From Thermosulfurimonas dismutans (GTDB taxonomy: Bacteria; Desulfobacterota; Thermodesulfobacteria; Thermodesulfobacteriales; Thermodesulfobacteriaceae), in NCBI RefSeq assembly GCF_001652585.1, contig NZ_LWLG01000009.1:1-32000 (forward strand): a stretch of 32,000 nucleotides of DNA. The letters run 5' to 3'. Positions 23,860 through 32,000 of the stretch are shown here, piece after piece. The position numbers and the translations under genes were made by a program. How positions within the stretch are numbered: position 1 is the stretch's first letter; each line of letters starts with the position of its first letter. The notes beneath the pieces are model-generated. The model did not search any database. It was given only the letters and a program-made list of their open reading frames with translations, and had not been told where the DNA came from.

Positions 23860-23937
23860 TGGGGTGACCGGTGGGACTCGAACCCACGATCTCCGGGGCC
23901 ACAGCCCGGCGCTCTGACCACCTGAGCTACGGTCACC
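23860..23937 (-). tRNA. tRNA-His (anticodon GTG), with encoded G-1 and CCA
   Basis: Folded by hand. G-1, acceptor GTGACCG/CGGTCAC, D arm GCTC/GAGC, anticodon stem CCGGG/CCCGG, loop CTGTGGC, T arm GTGGG-TTCGAGT-CCCAC, discriminator C, CCA. Confidence 0.9.
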
Positions 23938-23952
23938 ACCGAGGTCAGCTAT

Positions 23953-23981
23953 ACTATAACCGCGCTCGCCGGCTCCCGCAA
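23953..23981 (-). promoter_or_regulatory. Candidate sigma70 promoter of tRNA-His
   Basis: Minus strand reads TTGCGG (23981-23976), a 17-nt spacer, then TATAGT (23958-23953), about 15 nt upstream of the tRNA 5' end. Confidence 0.4.
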
Positions 23982-24047
23982 GCCCACTTCCCTTGAAGGG
24001 AATTATAGTCTATTTTTCACGCCAAAGATGCTTAAAGGAGGTAGTAT

Positions 24048-25368
<1,321 letters not shown>

Positions 25369-25376
<8 letters not shown>

Positions 25377-25764
25377 AAAAGCTGTGCCGGTGGTGGCGGC
25401 CTTCGTGCGGGACGTTTCCGGGCGCATACTTCTTGCCCGGAGGCCTCCGGGCAAGGCCCGGGCCGGGCTCTGGGAGTTTCCCGGCGGGAAAGTAAAACCA
25501 GAGGAAACCCCGGAAGAGGCCCTAAAGCGGGAACTTCAAGAGGAACTGGGGGTTTCCGCCGAGGTTGGTCAAAAACTGGCCTCGGTAACCCATGATTACC
25601 CTGAAGTGACCATCGAACTTAGCCTTTACGAGGCCCTCATAAAAGGACCGGTCGTTCCCCAAGAGGGGCAGGAAGTGGCCTGGTTTAAACCGCGGGAACT
25701 ATTTGATCTTGAACTCTGTCCCGCGGACCGAAAACTGCTTAAAATTTTAGAGACTTGCATTTAA
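25369..25764 (+). CDS. NUDIX hydrolase (MutT-like nucleoside triphosphate pyrophosphohydrolase)
   Basis: Nudix box GLWEFPGGKVKPEETPEEALKRELQEELGV. The ATG at 25369 overlaps the purB stop by 8 nt. Confidence 0.8.
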
Positions 25765-25792
25765 AAAGAAGCGGGCTATATTAAGGACCGGT

Positions 25793-25867
25793 GGGCGGTT
25801 AGCTCAGTGGTAGAGCGTCATCCTCACACGGTGGAAGTCGCTGGTTCGAATCCAGCACCGCCCACCA
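25793..25867 (+). tRNA. tRNA-Val (anticodon CAC), CCA encoded
   Basis: Folded by hand. Acceptor GGGCGGT/ACCGCCC, D arm GCTC/GAGC, anticodon loop CTCACAC, T arm GCTGG-TTCGAAT-CCAGC, then ACCA. Confidence 0.85.
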
Positions 25868-25932
25868 AGTTTTGTATTTGAGCCCTGCTCCCGGCTTAGA
25901 CCGGGGGCCACAAGACCAAGGGGAGGTTTGAG

Positions 25933-26280
25933 ATGATCGAGTACAAACGTCCGAAGCGCATCCGTAAGTATGAAACCCTCTTCATTATCCATCCTGACCG
26001 GGTAGAAGAAAAAGACGCCGTCCTCGAAAAACTCACCAATCTCATTCAAGAAAATGATGGTGGAGTCTTAAAGGTCGATGAGTGGGGGATGCGGAAGTTG
26101 GCCTATCCTATTGAAAAGAAAAAACAGGGCTACTATATCCTAGTCGAATTCTACGGGAATGCCGAATTGCCTCCCAAAATAGAATCTTATTTCCGGGTAG
26201 ATGAAAGGGTTATTCGGTTTATCGTGGTAAAGCTTGAAGACCGATATGTTCCGGAAGAAGAAGCCGCGGCCGCGGCTTAA
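25933..26280 (+). CDS. rpsF: 30S ribosomal protein S6
   Basis: YETLFIIHPD...WGMRKLAYPI...GYYILVEF. Confidence 0.9.
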   Translation: MIEYKRPKRIRKYETLFIIHPDRVEEKDAVLEKLTNLIQENDGGVLKVDEWGMRKLAYPIEKKKQGYYILVEFYGNAELPPKIESYFRVDERVIRFIVVKLEDRYVPEEEAAAAA

Positions 26281-26302
26281 AAGATTTTGAAGGAGGATTG
26301 AG

Positions 26303-26578
26303 ATGGCCAACAATTCTACGGTAAAACGTAGGTTCTTCCCTCGAAAAAAAGTCTGCAAGTTCTGTGCGGACCCCAATCTTAAAATTGACTACAAGGAACC
26401 CGAAACCCTAAAGGCCTTCCTTACCGAAAGGGGCAAAATCATCCACCGGCGACAGACCGGAACCTGTTCTTATCATCAAAGGCGCCTTACTACGGCCATT
26501 AAAAGGGCCAGAATAATGGCTCTTCTGCCTTTTGTGGCCGAACTCGAGCCGGAAGAGATTATCCGTATGGGAGGCTAA
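26303..26578 (+). CDS. rpsR: 30S ribosomal protein S18
   Basis: CKFC...[43 protein letters not shown]. Confidence 0.9.
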   Translation: MANNSTVKRRFFPRKKVCKFCADPNLKIDYKEPETLKAFLTERGKIIHRRQTGTCSYHQRRLTTAIKRARIMALLPFVAELEPEEIIRMGG

Positions 26579-26579
26579 G

Positions 26580-27029
26580 ATGGAAGTCATTCTGCGCACC
26601 CATGTCCCCAAATTAGGAAAACCCGGAGACGTAGTCAGAGTAAAGGATGGATATGCTCGTAACTATTTGATACCCAAGGGGTTTGCCATTCCGGCCAACC
26701 GCAAGAATCTGGCCGCTATGGAACGGGAGCGGCAGATCATCCTGGCCAAGGCCGAACGTGAGCGCAAGAAACACATGAGTCTGGCCGAAAAGATTGAGGC
26801 CCTTACCCTCACCATCCCGCAGCGGGTGATTGAGGAGGATCGGCTTTACGGTTCGGTTTCCGCCCAGGACATCGTAGCAGCCTTGGAAAAGGAAGGCATA
26901 GAGATTTCCCGCAAACAGGTCTTGTTGGACAATCCTATCAAGACCCTCGGGGAATATGAGGTTGGGATTCGTATCTCCCCGGAGGTTACGGCTAACCTCA
27001 AAATTAAAGTTGTGCCTTTGGAAGAATAG
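26580..27029 (+). CDS. rplI: 50S ribosomal protein L9
   Basis: MEVILRTHVPKLGKPGDVVRVKDGYARNYLIPKGFA. The ATG lies 1 nt after the rpsR stop, with SD GGAGG. Confidence 0.9.
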   Translation: MEVILRTHVPKLGKPGDVVRVKDGYARNYLIPKGFAIPANRKNLAAMERERQIILAKAERERKKHMSLAEKIEALTLTIPQRVIEEDRLYGSVSAQDIVAALEKEGIEISRKQVLLDNPIKTLGEYEVGIRISPEVTANLKIKVVPLEE

Positions 27030-27031
27030 TT

Positions 27032-28387
27032 TTGGCCCGACGGAAAGAGGCCCCGGCTCTCCTTCTGGATCGTCTTCCGCCTCAAAACCTCGAGGCGGAA
27101 AGGGGGGTGCTGGGGAGTATATTTCTTGAGCCCTCCGTAATCCTCAAAGTAGTTGAAATTCTTTCTCCGGAGGACTTTTACCGGGAGGCGCATGCCGAGA
27201 TCTACCGGGCCATGCTCTCCCTTTTCGAACGCAACGAACCTATCGATCTCATCACAGTTCACGACGAACTGGTCTCGCGTGGCACTCTGGAGGAGGTGGG
27301 AGGAGCTACCTATTTAGCCGAGCTTGCCGGGCTTCTTCCCACCTCGGCCCATGCAGTCCATTACGCCCAGATCGTAAAGGAAAAGGCCCTTCTCCGGCGT
27401 CTCATCCGGGTAGCCACTGAGATTGCGGCCCGGGCCTATGAGGCTGCTGAACCTGTGGAAGACATCCTTGAGGCTGCGGAAAAATCTATCTTTGAATTGC
27501 GCTCTTACTCGGAGCGAGATGGTTTTAGAAATATCAAGGAGCTTATCAAGGAGGCTATCCGTCAGCTTGAAAAACTCCATCAGCGTCCGGAACTCATCAC
27601 CGGTGTGCCCACCGGGTTTACGGAGTTTGACCACATGACGGCCGGGCTTCAACCCGGAGACCTCATCATCGTAGCCGGTCGGCCCAGCATGGGGAAAACC
27701 TCTTTGGCCCTGAACATCGCCTGTTATGCCGCGGCTGAAGCCGGTATTCCGGTAGGCATCTTTTCCCTTGAAATGAGTCGGGAACAGCTTGCGGCCCGTA
27801 TGCTCTGCGCCGAGGCCCGGGTAAACCTTCAAAGTTTAAGAACCGGGCGGATTTCGGAAAGCGAGTGGCAGAGGCTTACCTTTGCCGCCAACAAGCTCTC
27901 TCGGGCCCCCATTTTCGTGGACGATACCCCGGCCCTTTCCATTCTTGACCTTCGGGCCAAGGCCCGGCGCCTCATGAGCGAACATGGCCTAGGTCTCATC
28001 ATCATCGATTATCTCCAACTCTTACAAAGCCGTGAGCGACGTGAACGCCGAGAGCAGGAAATTTCGGACATTTCCTCCTCCTTGAAGGCCATGGCCAAGG
28101 AATTCAATGTCCCGGTAGTAGCCCTCTCACAGCTCAATCGTCGGGTGGAAGAACGCCCGGACAAGCGTCCTCAGCTTGCTGACCTTCGAGAATCCGGGGC
28201 CATCGAACAGGACGCCGACCTTATCGTCTTCATTTATCGGGACGAGGTTTATAACAAAGACACTCCTCATAAGGGGGTGGCTGAAATTATTATCGGCAAA
28301 CAAAGGAATGGCCCCACCGGAACGGTAAAACTAGCCTTCCAGGCCCCTTATTCTTCTTTTGCTAATCTTTCGGATATTCAGGAATAA
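27032..28387 (+). CDS. dnaB: Replicative DNA helicase DnaB
   Basis: PPQNLEAERGVLGSIFLEP N-terminal domain, Walker A GRPSMGKT, IIIDYLQL, ALSQLNR, RESGAIEQDAD. TTG start 2 nt after the rplI stop. Confidence 0.9.
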   Translation: MARRKEAPALLLDRLPPQNLEAERGVLGSIFLEPSVILKVVEILSPEDFYREAHAEIYRAMLSLFERNEPIDLITVHDELVSRGTLEEVGGATYLAELAGLLPTSAHAVHYAQIVKEKALLRRLIRVATEIAARAYEAAEPVEDILEAAEKSIFELRSYSERDGFRNIKELIKEAIRQLEKLHQRPELITGVPTGFTEFDHMTAGLQPGDLIIVAGRPSMGKTSLALNIACYAAAEAGIPVGIFSLEMSREQLAARMLCAEARVNLQSLRTGRISESEWQRLTFAANKLSRAPIFVDDTPALSILDLRAKARRLMSEHGLGLIIIDYLQLLQSRERRERREQEISDISSSLKAMAKEFNVPVVALSQLNRRVEERPDKRPQLADLRESGAIEQDADLIVFIYRDEVYNKDTPHKGVAEIIIGKQRNGPTGTVKLAFQAPYSSFANLSDIQE

Positions 28388-29421
28388 ACAGCCACTTCTG
28401 CCCGGAGCTGGCCGCAGGCGGCCCCAATGTCAAGCCCTTTACTCTTGCGAATCGTGGCCACGTAGCCTTCGGAAAGGAGTATCTCTTGAAAACGGCGAAT
28501 GTGCTCCTCACGAGGACGTTTAAAGGGCAGTTCCGGATGGGGATTAAAGGGAATGAGATTTATTTTGGCCGGAATCCCGCGCAAGAGTTCGGCCAGTTTC
28601 CGGGCCTGCCAGAGATGGTCGTTCACGCCACGTAACAGCACGTATTCAAAAGTAATGCGAGCTCCCTTGCGTAAAGGGTAAACCCGACAAGCCTCAAGGA
28701 TATCTTCTATAGGATAGCGCCGGGTGGCTGGAATAAGTTTTTCCCGGAGTTCATTATCTGGGGCATGAAGCGAAATCGCAATCGCCACCGGAAATTCCTC
28801 GGCTAAAGTTCGCATCTGGGGCACCAGCCCCACGGTTGAAACCGTGGTTCTTTTCTTTGCGAAATGGAGCCCCTTGGGGTGGGTAAGTATCTTGAGGGCC
28901 TTTACCAGATTGCGATAGTTGGCCAGAGGTTCCCCCATACCCATAAAAACAATATTCCGGAGAGGTTTGTCTTTAAGACCGGCTTCGTCCATGAACCCCA
29001 GAGCCACAAGGACCTGAGAGACGATTTCCCCGGTGGAAAGATTCCGACGAAAACCCATCCTCCCGGTAAGACAGAAACGGCATCCCATGGCACAGCCTAC
29101 CTGCGTAGAAACACACAAGGTAAAGTGATCCCTTTCCGGGATGAGAACGCACTCAATCACTTCCTCATCGTAGAGTTTAAGGGCCAGTTTAGCGGTGCCA
29201 TCGGTAGAGATTTTGCGGTTAAGGATCTCCGGGAGTCGGATCTCGGCTATCTCCGAAAGCTTCTCCCTCAAAGACTTGGGAAGATCACTCATAGAAATGA
29301 AATCTTCTACTTTGGACCTCATTAGCCAGCGAAAGACCTGTCTCCCTCGAAAAGGAGGCTCTCCCAGGGATTCGAAAAAGGCTTCAAGTTCTTCCAAGGT
29401 CAAATCCCTAAGGTTCACCAT
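28378..29421 (-). CDS. rlmN: 23S rRNA/tRNA (adenine-C2)-methyltransferase RlmN (radical SAM)
   Basis: FRGRQVFRW, the radical-SAM cluster motif GCAMGCRFCLTG, MGMGEPLAN, and GAACGQL near the C-terminus. I prefer the ATG at 29421. Confidence 0.85.
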   Translation of the reverse strand: MVNLRDLTLEELEAFFESLGEPPFRGRQVFRWLMRSKVEDFISMSDLPKSLREKLSEIAEIRLPEILNRKISTDGTAKLALKLYDEEVIECVLIPERDHFTLCVSTQVGCAMGCRFCLTGRMGFRRNLSTGEIVSQVLVALGFMDEAGLKDKPLRNIVFMGMGEPLANYRNLVKALKILTHPKGLHFAKKRTTVSTVGLVPQMRTLAEEFPVAIAISLHAPDNELREKLIPATRRYPIEDILEACRVYPLRKGARITFEYVLLRGVNDHLWQARKLAELLRGIPAKINLIPFNPHPELPFKRPREEHIRRFQEILLSEGYVATIRKSKGLDIGAACGQLRAEVAVYS

Positions 29422-29425
29422 AATC

Positions 29426-31006
29426 TTAAAGTTCAAGAGGTTTTACCGAGAGGACGTGTGGAAGATTGCGCAGGGCCGAAACCACACTTTCATCCGGCGG
29501 CGTGTCTACCGAAAGTAGGATAACATTCCGACGTTTTTCCGGTTCCTGACCTACATACATACGGGAGATGTTGAGTCCGGCTTCCCCTAGGGTTACCCCG
29601 ATAAGACCGATCACTCCCGGACGATCTTCGTTGTGGATATAGAGCATATGCCCCTCAGGCAGAGCATCCAGCCTAAAGCGATTGATTTGTACGATCCGGG
29701 GCTCGGTCTTACCGAAAATGGTCCCGGCCACGTAATTATCTCCTCCCTTGAACTTGATCCGCACGGCGATGAGATTAAGGAAGTCTTCCGCAGTCTCGGT
29801 CTTGGATTCCGTAATCTTTATCCCCCTCTCCCGAGCCCGCAGAGGAGCATTTACATAATTGACGTCCTCTCGAAGGGCCCGCGAGAGAAGCCCCTTTATC
29901 AGGGCTACGGTAAGAGGCTCGGTATCAAGTTGCGAGACCTCGCCTTGATACTCAATGGCTATCTCTTCAACCGGGCCCTCGGCTAGTTGGGCCTGAAGAG
30001 CCCCCAATTTTTCAGCAAGCACGATATAGGGTTTGAGAATCTTCAGGGCCTCCGCCGAAACCGAAGGCATGTTGACCGCATTCCGAACAACACCGTGGAC
30101 CAGAAAATCCACTACCTGCGTGGCCACCGCCAGGGCCACGTTCTTTTGGGCCTCAAGGGTAGAGGCCCCAAGATGGGGAGTGCAAACAAAGTTTTCCATC
30201 TTGAGCAGGGGATGATCCGGGTCCGGAGGTTCTTTCTCAAAGACATCCAGAGCCGCTCCGGCCACCTTTCCGTTCTTCATGGCTTCGTAGAGGGCCATCT
30301 CGTCCACGATTCCACCTCGGGCGCAGTTGATGAGGAGCACCCCCTCTTTCATCTTGGCAAAACTTTCGGCGTTGATGAGGTGATAGGTCTCTTTCATAAG
30401 CGGCACATGCAGCGTTATGATGTCTGCTCTGGCATAAAGTTCGTCAAGGGAAACGAGTTCCACCCCCATTTTGGAAGCCTGTTCTGGAGTCACAAAGGGG
30501 TCATAGGCCACCACGTGCATCTTTAGCCCCAGGGCTCGATCCGCCACTACTGAACCGATCCGCCCCAAGCCTATAATGCCCAAAGTCTTACCCATAAGTT
30601 CACGGCCCATGAATTTCTTCCTTTCCCAGCGGCCAGCCTTAAGGGAGGTCATAGCCTGGGGGATATTCCGGGCCAGAGCGAACATCATGGCCAGGGTGTG
30701 TTCCGCGGCGGAATTGGTATTCCCACCGGGACAATTCATAACCACGATCCCTTTTCGGTTGGCAGCCTCAAGATCCACGTTGTCGAGTCCGGTACCAGCC
30801 CGGGCAATGACCTTAAGTCTTTCGGCAGCCTCAATAACTTCGGCCGTAAGTTTGGTACCGCTGCGGATGATGATACCATCGGCCTCCCGGATGGCTTCCT
30901 TGAGCTCTTCCGGAGAAAGACCCGTTCGTTCCTCGACTTCAAGACCGGCCTTTTTGAGGATCTCTATTCCGTCAGGAAGAATGGGATCTGTCACCAAAAC
31001 CTTCAT
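29426..31006 (-). CDS. serA: D-3-phosphoglycerate dehydrogenase (long form with ACT domain)
   Basis: NAD-binding GIIGLGRIGS, catalytic ...ARGGIVDE...TPHLGAST. The C-terminal ASB/ACT region is present. Confidence 0.9.
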   Translation of the reverse strand: MKVLVTDPILPDGIEILKKAGLEVEERTGLSPEELKEAIREADGIIIRSGTKLTAEVIEAAERLKVIARAGTGLDNVDLEAANRKGIVVMNCPGGNTNSAAEHTLAMMFALARNIPQAMTSLKAGRWERKKFMGRELMGKTLGIIGLGRIGSVVADRALGLKMHVVAYDPFVTPEQASKMGVELVSLDELYARADIITLHVPLMKETYHLINAESFAKMKEGVLLINCARGGIVDEMALYEAMKNGKVAGAALDVFEKEPPDPDHPLLKMENFVCTPHLGASTLEAQKNVALAVATQVVDFLVHGVVRNAVNMPSVSAEALKILKPYIVLAEKLGALQAQLAEGPVEEIAIEYQGEVSQLDTEPLTVALIKGLLSRALREDVNYVNAPLRARERGIKITESKTETAEDFLNLIAVRIKFKGGDNYVAGTIFGKTEPRIVQINRFRLDALPEGHMLYIHNEDRPGVIGLIGVTLGEAGLNISRMYVGQEPEKRRNVILLSVDTPPDESVVSALRNLPHVLSVKPLEL

Positions 31007-32000
31007 GCGGAAACCTCCCTAGCCTTTTCTTTAATGTATTCTAAGGCCCTTGAGACTCCGGCTCCCATTTTAACGGGATAACCCATTTCCGAAAGTCCGA
31101 TCTCAAGGGCTGAAAGGGCCAAAACCACGTCTAAGGGACTCTGATCCCCCATATGGGTGATACGAACTACACGTCCTTTAAGTTTCCCCTGCCCTCCTGC
31201 AAAAATGACCCCATATTTTTCACGGAGTATCCGATTGAGCTTTCCGCCGTCCACCCCATCGGGAAGTTCAATCACAGTCAAGGCCTCACAAGGTTCCTCT
31301 GCAAAAAGTTTGAGGCCTAAAGCCAGAACCCCTTCACGACAGGCTTCGGAAAGGAGACTGTAATGAGCAAAGAGCCTCTCCAATCCCATCTCGCGGATAT
31401 GTTTGAGGGATTCCCTGAGAGACAAGAGAAGGGACACCGCCGGAGTATAAGCAGTAGTATCCTTCTCATAGGCCTTCCACTCACGTCGCAAGTCAAAGTA
31501 ATACCGGGGAAGACCCTCACTTTCCACTCGAGACCAGGCCTTCTCCGAGAGGGCTATAAAGGAAAGCCCCGGCGGAAGAGCCAGGCTTTTTTGTGAGCCA
31601 GCCACCACTACATCAAGTCCCCACTCATCCATAGGAAGAGGATAAACTCCAAGCGCAGAGATGGCATCTACAACAAGCAGGACATCTCTCGACCGAGTAA
31701 TCTCGGCCAGTTCCCGAACCGGGTGTTTCACTCCGGTTGAGGTCTCGTGGGCCTGAACCAGCACGGCCCGAATTTCAGGATGGTTCTCAAGTTTCTCCTC
31801 CACCTCTTTCGGCCTTACGGCTTTGCCCCAGGGTACATCCACGTAAATTGGATTTAAACCGTAAGTCTCTGCGATTTCGCCCCAGCGTTCGCCAAATTTG
31901 CCTCCTCTCACTACCAGAACGGTTTCACCCGGCGAGAAAAGATTGGCCACCGCGGCCTCCATCGCTCCGGTCCCAGAAGAGGCAAAAAAGAAGACCGGCC
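31003..32000 (-). CDS. Class-V aminotransferase (AGXT/serine-pyruvate or phosphoserine aminotransferase type), partial; N-terminus lies beyond the window
   Basis: The frame stays open past the listed Met (…FFFASSGTGAMEAAVANL is the typical class-V block). VVAGSQKSL carries the PLP-Lys region. ATGA overlap with serA. Confidence 0.75.
   Translation of the reverse strand, partial: PVFFFASSGTGAMEAAVANLFSPGETVLVVRGGKFGERWGEIAETYGLNPIYVDVPWGKAVRPKEVEEKLENHPEIRAVLVQAHETSTGVKHPVRELAEITRSRDVLLVVDAISALGVYPLPMDEWGLDVVVAGSQKSLALPPGLSFIALSEKAWSRVESEGLPRYYFDLRREWKAYEKDTTAYTPAVSLLLSLRESLKHIREMGLERLFAHYSLLSEACREGVLALGLKLFAEEPCEALTVIELPDGVDGGKLNRILREKYGVIFAGGQGKLKGRVVRITHMGDQSPLDVVLALSALEIGLSEMGYPVKMGAGVSRALEYIKEKAREVSA

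Noticed and set aside
23718-23939. 73-aa ORF overlapping tRNA-His, and the 81-aa ORF at 25804-26049 overlapping tRNA-Val and the rpsF start
   Set aside because: Both are explained by the tRNA genes and their flanks. Neither has an RBS or a motif.
25868-25932. Small GC hairpin (CCCGG-cttaga-CCGGG) after tRNA-Val, as a possible terminator
   Set aside because: The stem is 5-6 bp with no T-tract, and rpsF follows immediately with its own SD. The support is insufficient.
25933-27029. Absence of ssb/priB between rpsF and rpsR
   Set aside because: The gene order is real in the sequence, but I believe rpsF-rpsR-rplI without ssb occurs in several lineages. It is not evidently unusual without a comparative survey.

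Overview
Bacterial chromosomal window with G-rich Shine-Dalgarno sites; I cannot assign a taxon. It has four parts.

(1) 1-15108, all on the minus strand: one PEP-CTERM/exosortase exopolysaccharide-export operon. Gene order is a fused exosortase(EpsH)-EpsI protein, a priming sugar transferase, a PrsT-like TPR lipoprotein, a Wza-like export protein, a beta-barrel outer-membrane protein, a Wzz-like chain-length determinant, a BY-kinase-like ATPase and an ExeA-like AAA ATPase. Its sorted-cargo genes follow: a tandem double PEP-CTERM ORF, a LamG PEP-CTERM protein and a small lipoprotein. The cargo block is bracketed by two inverted, near-identical copies of a 950-bp IS4/IS5-superfamily IS. One copy is cut by the window edge. 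The other sits exactly on the stop codon of the ATPase gene and has a clean 10-bp target duplication.

(2) 15336-19564: housekeeping genes. These are a eukaryote-style fused HisH-HisF IGP synthase, mtaD and proA.

(3) 19565-23859: a visibly AT-richer islet scarred by mobile elements, lying 3' of tRNA-His. It holds two orphan genes, an intact IS256-family element with an 8-bp TSD, a 5'-truncated phosphoribosyltransferase fragment, a metallophosphoesterase pseudogene with two in-frame stops, an intact RHH/PIN toxin-antitoxin pair, and an IS3-family left-end stub.

(4) 23860-32000: core genes. These are tRNA-His, purB, a NUDIX hydrolase, tRNA-Val, rpsF-rpsR-rplI-dnaB, rlmN, serA and a partial class-V aminotransferase.

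I saw no CRISPR array and no rRNA. All family assignments come from motifs read by eye. No searches were run.
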